Positions 53,699-62,595 of a stretch of DNA of 64,000 bases are shown here, one piece after another; within the stretch, counting starts at the first letter, position 1, and the number at the start of each line of letters is the position of its first letter. The stretch lies in NCBI GenBank assembly GCA_003171255.1, contig PMYK01000054.1:53910-117909 (forward strand), given 5' to 3'. A program made the translations under genes and the position numbers. Below the pieces are notes generated by a model that was not told where the DNA came from, did no database searches, and saw only the letters and a program-made list of their open reading frames with translations. Source of the stretch: Chloroflexota bacterium (GTDB lineage Bacteria; Chloroflexota; Limnocylindria; Limnocylindrales; CSP1-4).

Positions 53699-54406
53699 CT
53701 AGGCCTTGTGGCGCTCCCGGAGCCGCGCGATGACGGCGGCCGGGGCAAGGCCCCGCTCGCGGAGCAGCACCAGAGTGTGATAGAGCAGGTCGGCGACCTC
53801 GCCCGTCAGCGCGTCGCGCGTGGCGGGGCGTGAGTCGGGGCCGGCCGTGGCGTCGTCCTTGGCGGCCATCAGCACTTCGGTCGCCTCTTCGGCGACCTTG
53901 CGGGCGGGCGCGTCGACTCCACCGGCCAACAGCCGGGCCGTGTACGAAGCGGTCGGGTCGGCGGCGGCGGCACGCGCGTCGATCGTCGCCCACAACATCT
54001 CGAGCCACTCGAAGCCCTGGGCTGCGGCCCGACTACCGGCAGGGTTGGGAGCGGCGGTCTGCGAGGCCGTCGCCTCGGCGCCGGCATGGTCGAAGCAGCT
54101 GCGGGTGTTGCGGTGGCACGTCGGGCCCGTAGGATCGGCCTGGATGAGCAGCGCGTCTGCGTCGCAGTCGACGGCGATGTCGAGCAGACGCAGCACGTTG
54201 CCGCTCGTCTCGCCCTTGCGCCACAGCCGGTCTCGCGAGCGTGAGTGGAAGTGGACCTCGCCCGTGGCCAGTGTGGCGGCGAGCGCTTCCGCGTCGACGT
54301 AGGCGACCATCAGAACGCGGCCATCGGTTGGGTCTTGGACGACGGCCGGCACGAGCCCGGACGGACCCCAGGCCACTTCCTCCGCGAGCAATTGCTTGGC
54401 GATCAT
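53699..54406 (-). CDS. hisI: Bifunctional phosphoribosyl-AMP cyclohydrolase / phosphoribosyl-ATP pyrophosphatase
   Basis: GLVPAVVQD...[10 protein letters not shown]...[16 protein letters not shown]...DCDADALL...GPTCH (HisI), then [10 protein letters not shown]...YTARLLAGG...KVAEEATEV (HisE). Confidence 0.9.
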   Translation of the reverse strand: MIAKQLLAEEVAWGPSGLVPAVVQDPTDGRVLMVAYVDAEALAATLATGEVHFHSRSRDRLWRKGETSGNVLRLLDIAVDCDADALLIQADPTGPTCHRNTRSCFDHAGAEATASQTAAPNPAGSRAAAQGFEWLEMLWATIDARAAAADPTASYTARLLAGGVDAPARKVAEEATEVLMAAKDDATAGPDSRPATRDALTGEVADLLYHTLVLLRERGLAPAAVIARLRERHKA

Positions 54407-55203
54407 GCGCCCGACTCCTCGATCCGACGGACCGGCAGTCCCGCCGCCGCCATGGCTGCCTTGACGTCCGCGATTGAATGCGTTCGACGGTGGAAGATCG
54501 AGGCCGCCAGAACGGCATCGGCCTTGCCGTCCCGAACCGCCGTGACGAAGTCGGCCGGCCCGGCAGCACCGCCGGAGGCGATGACGGGCACTCGCACACG
54601 AGTCGCAATCGCCGCCAGCAGCTCAGTGTCGAAGCCGCTGTGAGTGCCGTCGCGATCCATCGACGTCACAAGCAGCTCGCCCGCACCGAGTTCGACGACG
54701 CGCATCGCCCACGCCACAGCCTCGAGATCAGTCGGGCGCCGGCCGCCGTGGGTCACGACCTCCCAACGCCGCTCGGCTGAGTCGGCGCCGTCCGCGAGCG
54801 GCAGACGCCGGGCATCGATCGCGCAGACCACGGCCTGGCTCCCGAACCGATCCGCGCACGCGGTCAACAGCGCAGGCTCGGCTACGGCCGCGGTATTGAA
54901 CGACACCTTGTCCGCGCCGGCCCGAAGAACGTCGCGCATCTCGTCGACGCTGCGGACCCCGCCGCCGACCGTCAGCGGCACGAAGGCGCGCGAAGCCGTC
55001 CGTCGGACGATGTCGAGCATCGTGCCGCGCCGTTCGTGGGCGGCGGTGATATCGAGGAAGACGATCTCGTCGGCACCCTCACGGGCATAGCGCTCTGCCA
55101 GCTCCGCCGGATCGCCCTCGTCGGTGAGGTTCAGGAACTTGGTGCCCTTGACGACCCGGCCTTTGTCCACATCGAGGCAGGGAATCACGCGCCTGGCAAG
55201 CAT
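54403..55203 (-). CDS. hisF: Imidazole glycerol phosphate synthase cyclase subunit
   Basis: Track ORF 54403..55989 trimmed to [20 protein letters not shown]... (266 aa). The start overlaps the hisH stop. Confidence 0.9.
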   Translation of the reverse strand: MLARRVIPCLDVDKGRVVKGTKFLNLTDEGDPAELAERYAREGADEIVFLDITAAHERRGTMLDIVRRTASRAFVPLTVGGGVRSVDEMRDVLRAGADKVSFNTAAVAEPALLTACADRFGSQAVVCAIDARRLPLADGADSAERRWEVVTHGGRRPTDLEAVAWAMRVVELGAGELLVTSMDRDGTHSGFDTELLAAIATRVRVPVIASGGAAGPADFVTAVRDGKADAVLAASIFHRRTHSIADVKAAMAAAGLPVRRIEESGA

Positions 55204-55856
55204 CACGCCACTCCTGGCGCAGGGGCAGCCGACGCGCTGACGAGGGTCACGAAGTTGGCCAGCACCCGCAAGCCGGCGTCCGACGATTTCTCCGGGTGGA
55301 ACTGCAGCCCGTAGAGCGAGCCCTGCGCGACCGCGCTTACAAACGGCCGGCCGTGCGTCGTGCGGGCCAGGACGATGCTTTGGTCCTTCGGAGCAGGCGC
55401 GAAGGAGTGCACGAAGTAGAAATAGCTGCCGTCGGGTATGCCATCGAAGAGAGGGTGGGCTCGATCGAAGATGACCGAGTTCCAGCCGATGTGGGGCAAC
55501 GTTGGCGCGTCGACGAGCGCGACGCTCCGTCCGGCAAGCAGCCCAAGCGTTGGGGCACTGCCCTCGTCGCTGGCGTCGAAGAAGAGCTGCAGACCCAGGC
55601 ATATGCCCAGGCATGGCTTGCCCGCCCGGACCCACTCGCGCAGCGGATCGGCCAGACCACGATCCCGCAGGTGGTCCATCGCCGGGCCAGCTGCGCCGAC
55701 GCCGGGGACGACGAGCGCATCCACGCCGGCCATCGCCTCTGGGTCGGCGGCCACGATCGGCTCGGCCCCAACTGCGGTAAGGGCCTGGGTGATGCTGACC
55801 ATGTTGGCGGCGCCGTAGTCCAGCACCGCGATTCTGATCGGTGTTCGCCGGGTCAT
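55203..55856 (-). CDS. hisH: Imidazole glycerol phosphate synthase glutaminase subunit
   Basis: [13 protein letters not shown] and the GICLGLQ nucleophile elbow. Confidence 0.9.
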   Translation of the reverse strand: MTRRTPIRIAVLDYGAANMVSITQALTAVGAEPIVAADPEAMAGVDALVVPGVGAAGPAMDHLRDRGLADPLREWVRAGKPCLGICLGLQLFFDASDEGSAPTLGLLAGRSVALVDAPTLPHIGWNSVIFDRAHPLFDGIPDGSYFYFVHSFAPAPKDQSIVLARTTHGRPFVSAVAQGSLYGLQFHPEKSSDAGLRVLANFVTLVSASAAPAPGVA

Positions 55857-56473
55857 CCGAGCGTGCCCTTGGTCGATGCGGCTCCGCTCCGCCGAGGATC
55901 CACTGCCACGGCGGCCCGGAGCGACCGACCAAGAGCCTTGAAGGCGGCTTCGGCCAGGTGGTGGTCGTTGCGGCCCCGGCCCCTGACATTCAGCGTCACG
56001 CCGCCGGCACGGGCCAGCGATTCGAGGGCGTGTTCGATCAGCTGGAGCGGCATCTTGCCGGCACGCTTGCCCCGGAACGGCAGGTCGACCACTGCGTACG
56101 GCCGGCCCCCAACGTCGACAACGACGGTCGCCACCGACTCGTCCATGGGCACGGCGGCATCGCCGAAGCGCACGATCCCGGACCGGTCGCCGAGGGCTTC
56201 GGCAAGCGCCGCCCCGAGTACGAGCGCGACGTCCTCGACGGTGTGGTGCTCGTCGATCACGAGGTCGCCCGCGGCGGTTATCTCCAGATCGAAGAGGGCG
56301 TGATGCGCCAGCGAGTTGAGCAGGTGATCGAAGAAGCCGACGCCTGTCTCGATCCTGGTCTCGCCGCTGCCGTCGAGCTTGAGCGTGACCGTGATCTGGG
56401 TCTCGCGGGTCGAGCGCGTGACGGTTGCCCAGCGAGCTCCGGACGCCACCACGCTGCCGATCTGATTGTTCAT
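55853..56473 (-). CDS. hisB: Imidazoleglycerol-phosphate dehydratase (monofunctional)
   Basis: Trimmed to ATG 56473, which overlaps the hisC stop (ATGA). RSTRETQI..., [23 protein letters not shown]. Confidence 0.9.
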   Translation of the reverse strand: MNNQIGSVVASGARWATVTRSTRETQITVTLKLDGSGETRIETGVGFFDHLLNSLAHHALFDLEITAAGDLVIDEHHTVEDVALVLGAALAEALGDRSGIVRFGDAAVPMDESVATVVVDVGGRPYAVVDLPFRGKRAGKMPLQLIEHALESLARAGGVTLNVRGRGRNDHHLAEAAFKALGRSLRAAVAVDPRRSGAASTKGTLG

Positions 56474-57579
56474 GCGGGGATCCCCCTGGCTGCTTCGATA
56501 AGTCGCTCGTTCTCCCGAGCCGACCGAACGGTCAGCCGCAGGCAATCGGAGAATGGATGTTCCGGGCCGAAGGTCCGCGGGACGAGGCCGCGACGCAACA
56601 GCGCCTCCGCCGCCGATTCCACCGCCGCCGCAGAACTAAAGCGGATCAAGATGAAATTGGCCTGCGATTGGTACGGCCGCCAGCCCAGGTCGCCGAGCTC
56701 GACGATCAGGCGAGCTCGCTGCCCCGCGATCGCCGCGACGTTGGCGGCCGCCAGATTGGGCCGCGTGAGCGCTGCCGTGGCCAGGGCCGCAGACACGGTG
56801 CCGACCGAAGCCGGCGCCCTGAACGACACGATCGGCGCCAGAGTTTCCGGACGGGCGACGGCGAAGCCGACACGGGCGCCCGCCAGCGCGTGAGCCTTGC
56901 TTAGCGTGCGGACGACGACCAAACGAGCGTAGTCGTACCTGAGCGGCAGCACGGTGCGGCCGACGAACTCGGCGTAGGCCTCGTCGACGGCAACGATCGG
57001 CGCCGGACGCCCGTCGCGCGCGGCGTCGGACTCCAGCAGCGCGAGCAGCTCGCCGATGCGTTCGGGCGGCTCATAGGCACCGGTTGGGTTGTTCGGCTCG
57101 CACAACCAGACGAGGGCGGCGTTGCGGGCGGCCTTTGCAAGGGCCGGTATGTCGAGCCCGAAGCCATGCTCGGGGCCCAGGCGCGGGACGGCCACGACGG
57201 TCGCCCCTCGCTGCTCCGAGACGATGCGGTACATCGCGTACGTCGGGGCCGCGATCAGCGCCACGGAGCCCTCGCGCAGCGACGCCCGAGCGATCAGGTC
57301 GAGTGCCTCGTCGGCGCCGGCGGTGGGCAGCAGCTCGTCGGGCGCCACGCCGTATGAATCCGCGGCCGCCGCCACCAACGCCGCGTAGTCGCTGGGCGGG
57401 TACTCGCACAGTGCGGGATCGAACGGACCGGCCAGCACGTCGCTGAGGTCTGGCGGCAGTGGCGAAGTGTTGACGTCGAACCGCACGATCGATTCGCGAG
57501 GCAGCCCGTACCTCGCCGCAAGCGAGTCGGTCGTCGGCTCCCAGGCGTAGGTGGGAAGCGGCGTGTCGAGGCTGGTCAT
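56470..57579 (-). CDS. hisC: Histidinol-phosphate aminotransferase
   Basis: Class II aminotransferase; RTLSKAHALAGARVG carries the PLP lysine context. Position in the his operon. Confidence 0.9.
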   Translation of the reverse strand: MTSLDTPLPTYAWEPTTDSLAARYGLPRESIVRFDVNTSPLPPDLSDVLAGPFDPALCEYPPSDYAALVAAAADSYGVAPDELLPTAGADEALDLIARASLREGSVALIAAPTYAMYRIVSEQRGATVVAVPRLGPEHGFGLDIPALAKAARNAALVWLCEPNNPTGAYEPPERIGELLALLESDAARDGRPAPIVAVDEAYAEFVGRTVLPLRYDYARLVVVRTLSKAHALAGARVGFAVARPETLAPIVSFRAPASVGTVSAALATAALTRPNLAAANVAAIAGQRARLIVELGDLGWRPYQSQANFILIRFSSAAAVESAAEALLRRGLVPRTFGPEHPFSDCLRLTVRSARENERLIEAARGIPA

Positions 57580-58910
57580 TCGTCTGCCTCGAACCGAAGC
57601 TCGACCGCCCGCTTGTGTGCGATAAGGCCTTCGGCCTCGGATATCGCCTCCACGGCATCGCGTATGTTCGCCAGGCCGTCGCGGGTAATCCGCTGGACCT
57701 GGATGAACTTGCCGTAGCTCTCCGTGGCGAGGGCGCCGCAGGAGCGGGCCAGGCCGCCGGTGGGCAGGACGTGGTTCGCGCCCGAGGCGTAGTCGCCGGC
57801 GGACTCCGGCGCGTACGGGCCAACGAACATGGAGCCGGCGTTTCGGAGTCGGGCGACGGCCTCCTCGACATCGTCGACGACGACCGACAGGTGTTCGGGT
57901 GCGTAGTCGTTGACGAAGTCCAGCGCCGCGTCACGACTCGGGGCGAGGACCACCACGGCGCAGCTGGCCAGCGAGCGCTGGAGGACGTCCCGACGCGCGG
58001 CCGTCTCGAGTTGTCCGGACAGCTCCGCCTCCACGGCCGACGCGAACTCAGCGTCCCAGGTCACGAGCAGGGCAGGGGAGTCCGGACCATGCTCCGCCTG
58101 CGAGAGCAGGTCGGCGGCGACGTACGCCGGTTCGGCGGTCGCGTCCGCCACGACCATCACTTCCGACGGCCCGGCGGGCAGGTCGATGCCGCACTCGCCG
58201 AAGACTTCCAGCTTGGCCGCGGTCACCCAGGCGTTGCCCGGGCCGACGATGCGATCGACCGGAGCCACGCCCACGTCTGGCAGGCCGTAGGCGAGCGCAC
58301 CGACCGCCTGAGCTCCGCCGGCGGCGATGAAGACGTCAACGCCGACGAGACCGGCCGCGCCGAGCAGCGTCGGATTGAGGCGGCCAACGGGGTCGGCCGG
58401 CGAGGCCACAACGATCCGCTCCACGCCGGCGACTTTGGCCGGCACGACGCCCATGAGCAAAGAGCTGGGATAGGCCGCGGAGCCGCCGGGGGCGTAGACG
58501 CCGACGCTGGCGAGGGGCACCCAGCGCCGCTCGATCTCCACGCCGGGCACGATCGTGGTAGTCCGAGTCTCGGGCAGCTCCGTCTCGGCGAAGCGGCGGA
58601 TGTTCTGGATCATCTGCTCGAGGCCGGCCCGGATCCGGGGCGGCAGGGCGTGGCTGGCTGCCTCCAGCTCGGCGCGAGTCACGAGGAGCGAGCCACCGGC
58701 CCGCCCGCCACCGAACCTCGCATTGGCTTCGCGGACCGCCTTGTCACCGCCCGCCTTGACGGTGGCGAGGATCGCCCGGGCGGACTCGCGGACGCGCTGA
58801 TCGGGGACGGCGCCGCGGCGCAGCAGGGCCGTTACCTCGCCCGCAACTGCGGGATCGGAGGCGGCGCGAGCGAGGTCCAGGCGACGAAGGTTGACGGTTG
58901 GCGCGCTCAT
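57576..58910 (-). CDS. hisD: Histidinol dehydrogenase
   Basis: Trimmed to ATG 58910, which overlaps the hisG stop. YAPGGSAAYPSS, GPGNAWV, QAEHGPDS, GDYASGANHVLPT. Confidence 0.9.
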   Translation of the reverse strand: MSAPTVNLRRLDLARAASDPAVAGEVTALLRRGAVPDQRVRESARAILATVKAGGDKAVREANARFGGGRAGGSLLVTRAELEAASHALPPRIRAGLEQMIQNIRRFAETELPETRTTTIVPGVEIERRWVPLASVGVYAPGGSAAYPSSLLMGVVPAKVAGVERIVVASPADPVGRLNPTLLGAAGLVGVDVFIAAGGAQAVGALAYGLPDVGVAPVDRIVGPGNAWVTAAKLEVFGECGIDLPAGPSEVMVVADATAEPAYVAADLLSQAEHGPDSPALLVTWDAEFASAVEAELSGQLETAARRDVLQRSLASCAVVVLAPSRDAALDFVNDYAPEHLSVVVDDVEEAVARLRNAGSMFVGPYAPESAGDYASGANHVLPTGGLARSCGALATESYGKFIQVQRITRDGLANIRDAVEAISEAEGLIAHKRAVELRFEADE

Positions 58911-59767
58911 GAGACCAGCTTCTCGATGGGCAGGATCAGAATGCCGGACGCGCCGGCGGCCTTGAGTCGGGGCAGCAACGACCACACCTGGTCGGCGTCG
59001 ACGACTGCGTGTATTGCGATCATGCCCTCGTGGGCCAGCGGGATGACCGACGGCGACTCGAGACCGGGAAGCAGGTCTTCAAGCTCGGCGGCCTTTGCCT
59101 GCGGCGCGTTCATCATCAGGTACTTGCGGTCGCGAGCCGCCAGCGTGGCGCTCAACATCGTCTCGACCTGGGCAAACACCGCGCCGTCCTGATTGAGGGC
59201 TGTCGAGTTCGCGAGCAGGACCGCCTCGGACGCGAACACCTCTTCGATCGGGCGAAGGCCGTTCACGACCATGGTCGACCCGGTCGACACGAGATCGACG
59301 ATCGCCTCGGCCAGCCCCAGCCTCGGCGCGACCTCCGCCGCCCCCGAGACCGGTATCACGTTCACGGGGATCGAACGCGCCTCGAAGAACTTCCTGGTCA
59401 GCGAGAGGTGCGAGGTGGCAACGCGCAGCCCGGCAAGATCCTCTGCCGCCCGGTACGGGGAGTCGTTCGGTACGGCGATGGTCAGACGGCAGCGGCCGTA
59501 GCCGAGCATCTTGATCTGGGGCACGTCAGCGCCAGACTCGGCGACGAGGTCCAAACCCGTAATGCCAAGCTCGGCCACGCCGTCACTCACGAACTCCACG
59601 ATGTCGTTGGTGCGCACGAATAGGATGTCCAGGTCGTAGTTCTGGACGCGAGCCATGAGCGCCCGCTCGCCGGCTTCGAACACGAGCCCGGCGTCACGGA
59701 GCAGGCGGACTGTCGGTTCGACCAACCTTCCCTTGTTGGGGATTGCCAGTCGGAGGCGGCGTGTCAT
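58907..59767 (-). CDS. hisG: ATP phosphoribosyltransferase, long form
   Basis: Trimmed to MTRRLRLAIPNKGRL.... 286 aa, including a C-terminal regulatory domain. DLVSTGST motif. Confidence 0.9.
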   Translation of the reverse strand: MTRRLRLAIPNKGRLVEPTVRLLRDAGLVFEAGERALMARVQNYDLDILFVRTNDIVEFVSDGVAELGITGLDLVAESGADVPQIKMLGYGRCRLTIAVPNDSPYRAAEDLAGLRVATSHLSLTRKFFEARSIPVNVIPVSGAAEVAPRLGLAEAIVDLVSTGSTMVVNGLRPIEEVFASEAVLLANSTALNQDGAVFAQVETMLSATLAARDRKYLMMNAPQAKAAELEDLLPGLESPSVIPLAHEGMIAIHAVVDADQVWSLLPRLKAAGASGILILPIEKLVS

Positions 59768-60126
59768 CTGGTTTCCTCTGTTGGAGTGGGGGCCTGGCCC
59801 GGGGCTTCGGTCTGGTTTGGGGCACCAGCCTGGGCATTGTGCAAGCGCGCCAGCGCCGCCGTGTAGCCACCCTCGCCGTGGTGGAGCCACTGGGCAATGC
59901 GGGTGATCGTGGCCGTGCTGGCGCCGGTCCGGTTCGATATCTCGGCGTAATGCATGCCGGCATCCAGCAAGCGGACCACCGCCCAGCGCTGGGCCAGGTC
60001 ATGCAACTCTCCGAGGGTGCAAAGGTCACGGAAGAATGCCGAGGTCTCGTCGACGGTCTCCAGCCGCAGCACGGCCTCGAACAACCCGCTGACAGCTTCG
60101 TTGCGCCAGGCTTCGATCGCGCTCAT
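59764..60126 (-). CDS. TrpR-like YerC/YecD family protein (HisR-like candidate regulator)
   Basis: Trimmed to ATG 60126 behind RBS GAGGAA. FFRDLCTLGELHDLAQRWAVVRLLDAGMHYAEISNRTGASTATITRIAQWL closely parallels B. subtilis YerC as I recall it. The stop overlaps the hisG ATG (ATGA). Confidence 0.75.
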   Translation of the reverse strand: MSAIEAWRNEAVSGLFEAVLRLETVDETSAFFRDLCTLGELHDLAQRWAVVRLLDAGMHYAEISNRTGASTATITRIAQWLHHGEGGYTAALARLHNAQAGAPNQTEAPGQAPTPTEETR

Positions 60127-60186
60127 CGTCGGTTCCTCGTGGTGCCCTGCGGGATTGCTCATCCGGCACGTCCCGGCCCTATTGAT

Positions 60187-60209
60187 GTAGTAGCATAGTA
60201 GCATGCTAC
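60187..60209. promoter_or_regulatory. Operator-like GTAGCAT repeats and palindrome in the divergent hisR/hisA control region
   Basis: GTAGCAT at 60190-60196 and 60198-60204, and inverted ATGCTAC at 60203-60209. This gives a perfect palindrome GTAGCATGCTAC (60198-60209) centred on the hisA ATG. It is an AT-rich island in a high-GC context. Confidence 0.35.
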
Positions 60210-60967
60210 CACGCCCGCAACCAGCCATTCCCACGGGCTTCCAGCTGCTCCCCGCCATCGATCTCCGCGGTGGCCGCGTCGTGCGACTGGCCGAGGGAGA
60301 CTTCGCGAGAGAGACGATCTACGGCACCGATCCGGCGGAGGTAGCCTCCGGCTTCGCTGCGGTCGGCGCCCGATGGATTCACGTCGTCGACCTGGACGGT
60401 GCGAAGGACGGTGCCCGGCGGCAGACGGAAGCCGTGGCGCGGATCGTCGCCGCCGCCGGGTCCGGCGTTGCCTGCGAGGTTGCCGGAGGACTGCGCAGCG
60501 AGGAGGCGATGGCAGCGGCCCTGAGCGTCGGGGCGGCGCGGGCCGTCGTGGGGACCGCCGCGTTGCGCGATCCAGCGTTCGCCGAGCGCCTGGTGACGCG
60601 GTTCGGCAGTGAGCGCATCGCCGTAGCTCTCGACGTGCGCGACGGCCTGGCAGTTGGCCACGGCTGGGTGCCAGGCGCTGCCGGTGTGTCTGTGGAAGCG
60701 GCGCTGGCGAGGCTGGCCGACGGGGGCGTCCGGACGTTCATCGTCACGGCAATCGAGCGCGACGGTTTGCTCGCGGGTCCGAACCTCGAATTGCTTGGTC
60801 GTCTGATCGACATGGATCGCGGCCACATCGTCGCTTCCGCCGGGATCTCGTCGCTTGGGGACGTTGCCGCCGTCCGCGCGCTTGGTTGCGTTGGCGTGGT
60901 TATCGGCCGTGCTCTCTACGAAGGTCGAATTGATCTGGCTGACGCCCTCCGATTGACCGCTGAGTAG
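60203..60967 (+). CDS. hisA: ProFAR isomerase HisA (PriA-type bifunctionality not assessable)
   Basis: FQLLPAIDLRGGRVVRL...; the second half has VTAIERDGLLAGPNLELL. It is the only his gene on the opposite strand. Confidence 0.9.
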   Translation: MLPRPQPAIPTGFQLLPAIDLRGGRVVRLAEGDFARETIYGTDPAEVASGFAAVGARWIHVVDLDGAKDGARRQTEAVARIVAAAGSGVACEVAGGLRSEEAMAAALSVGAARAVVGTAALRDPAFAERLVTRFGSERIAVALDVRDGLAVGHGWVPGAAGVSVEAALARLADGGVRTFIVTAIERDGLLAGPNLELLGRLIDMDRGHIVASAGISSLGDVAAVRALGCVGVVIGRALYEGRIDLADALRLTAE

Positions 60968-61028
60968 GGGAGCCGTCGAGCCGGAGCAGCGAGCGTCAGA
61001 ACCGCCCAGCCTCGTGTGGGCCCGACAA

Positions 61029-62342
61029 CTAGCACGTCGGCGGCTGGGTTCGGCCGAAGTACCGACTGTCGGCCCCGAATAGCTTCACCGATAGCGGGGC
61101 CACCTTGTCGAGCTCCAGGCAACTGGTCGACGCAGTGGCCGTCGCACTGGAAACGCTGTATGGCGGCCCGAGGACGTAGGCGTCGTAGTTGGACGACGGA
61201 ACCGATTGGGCGAGGTCGATCATGTCGGCCACCCGAGCGGCCGGGAAGTTGGTCGAGACCAACGAGGCGGCCTGCCCCATCAGATCTGGAAGCTTCACGG
61301 CCAAGGCCGGCGTCGCCACCTTGCGAGCGACAGCCTTGAGAAGTTGCTGCTGCCTCCCGGCCCGCGCATAGTCGCTATTGCCGCTGCCGTGGCGCGACCG
61401 GGCGTAGGCGAGGGCGAGGCGGCCGTCCAGGTGGTGGGATCCGGCCGAAAGCCGGAAGCCGTATGGCGATCCGTCGAGCCAGTCGTATGTCGGATCGTCG
61501 ATCGCCGACGGATTGTCGATGTCGACGCCGCCGACCATGTCGATGACCTTCATGAAGCTGCCGAGGTCCAGCACGCCGTAGTAGTTGATTGGGACGCCTA
61601 CGAGGTAGCTGACTTCCTTGACGAGCGTCGTCACGGGCTGATCTGGCGACTTCAACCAACCGTTCTTGACGTACGTCGGGATGGCGTTGATCTTGATCTT
61701 GCCGGTGCCGCCCCAGTAGAGCGGATAGCCGGCTGTGTCTCGCGGGACGCTCACCATGGCAATGCGCTTCGTGTCGGTGTCGACGCTCACGACCATCAGC
61801 GAGTCGTACAAGCGTTCAGAGCGGCCCGTGTATTGGTCGAGACCGGCGAGCAGGACGGTGACTCGCGAGCCACTCGCCGGCAGCTGCGCAGCCTCCGCCC
61901 CGTTGCCCCCGACCTTGAAGATGCCGAGGTCCATCTGATAGGCAGACCAGATGTACACGGCGCCAAAGGCGTGGCTGGCGACGATCGCAACGAGCAGAAC
62001 GGTCAGAGCGAACCGCTCGGCTACTCGCTGCTTGGACCGCGTGTCGGCGAGTCCGAAGGCGTGCCGGACGGCGAGCAGTCGCCATAAGCCCAGGCCGATG
62101 ACCCCCAAGAGGACCAAGGCCGCGACGGTCGGGTCGAGCAGGCGCGCGAACATGACGTCGAGCCCGCTCTGCGCTTCGAACAGGACGACGCCAAGCACGA
62201 TGACGGCCGGGATGGCGAACAGCAGCCCCGAGACCCGACGTCGGGCGTAGAGCTGGCCGAGGCCCGGCCAGAGGAACGACAGCAGGGCGGCCAGCGACGG
62301 GGAAAAGGGTCTGCTCGGACCCGCGGACGGGGATATAGACAC
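61029..62342 (-). CDS. LytR-CpsA-Psr (LCP) family cell-wall glycopolymer ligase
   Basis: N-terminal TMs. VTVLLAGLD..., YDSLMVVSVD, VSVPRD, LALAYARSRHGSGNSDYARAGRQQQLL. Confidence 0.85.
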   Translation of the reverse strand: MSISPSAGPSRPFSPSLAALLSFLWPGLGQLYARRRVSGLLFAIPAVIVLGVVLFEAQSGLDVMFARLLDPTVAALVLLGVIGLGLWRLLAVRHAFGLADTRSKQRVAERFALTVLLVAIVASHAFGAVYIWSAYQMDLGIFKVGGNGAEAAQLPASGSRVTVLLAGLDQYTGRSERLYDSLMVVSVDTDTKRIAMVSVPRDTAGYPLYWGGTGKIKINAIPTYVKNGWLKSPDQPVTTLVKEVSYLVGVPINYYGVLDLGSFMKVIDMVGGVDIDNPSAIDDPTYDWLDGSPYGFRLSAGSHHLDGRLALAYARSRHGSGNSDYARAGRQQQLLKAVARKVATPALAVKLPDLMGQAASLVSTNFPAARVADMIDLAQSVPSSNYDAYVLGPPYSVSSATATASTSCLELDKVAPLSVKLFGADSRYFGRTQPPTC

Positions 62343-62595
62343 GGCATGAACTCCCTGGGGATGCCCTTCGGGACGCCTGGCACGGGTGCGCCGTTACGCG
62401 AGGGACCGTGGCCGGCATGCAACAGTAGCGCCGACCCGGTCTCATGCGGCGTCACCCTGCGGCTCTCTCCGAGCTGGGCGCGAGTTATGGCCGTGAGCCC
62501 GCTCGTATGGCCGCAGTCAGGCACACGGGCCCCGTACCGGCCGGCACGAGGCCCGCTATTCGTGTCTGAGGGGCATCGATCCGCCCGCCAGCCCT

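Noticed and set aside
60127-60260. His-codon-rich leader peptide or attenuator for the his operon
   Set aside because: No run of His codons and no terminator/antiterminator pair is present. The longer in-frame N-terminal extension of the YerC-like ORF (to 60258) would overlap the hisA promoter and start, and it lacks an RBS.
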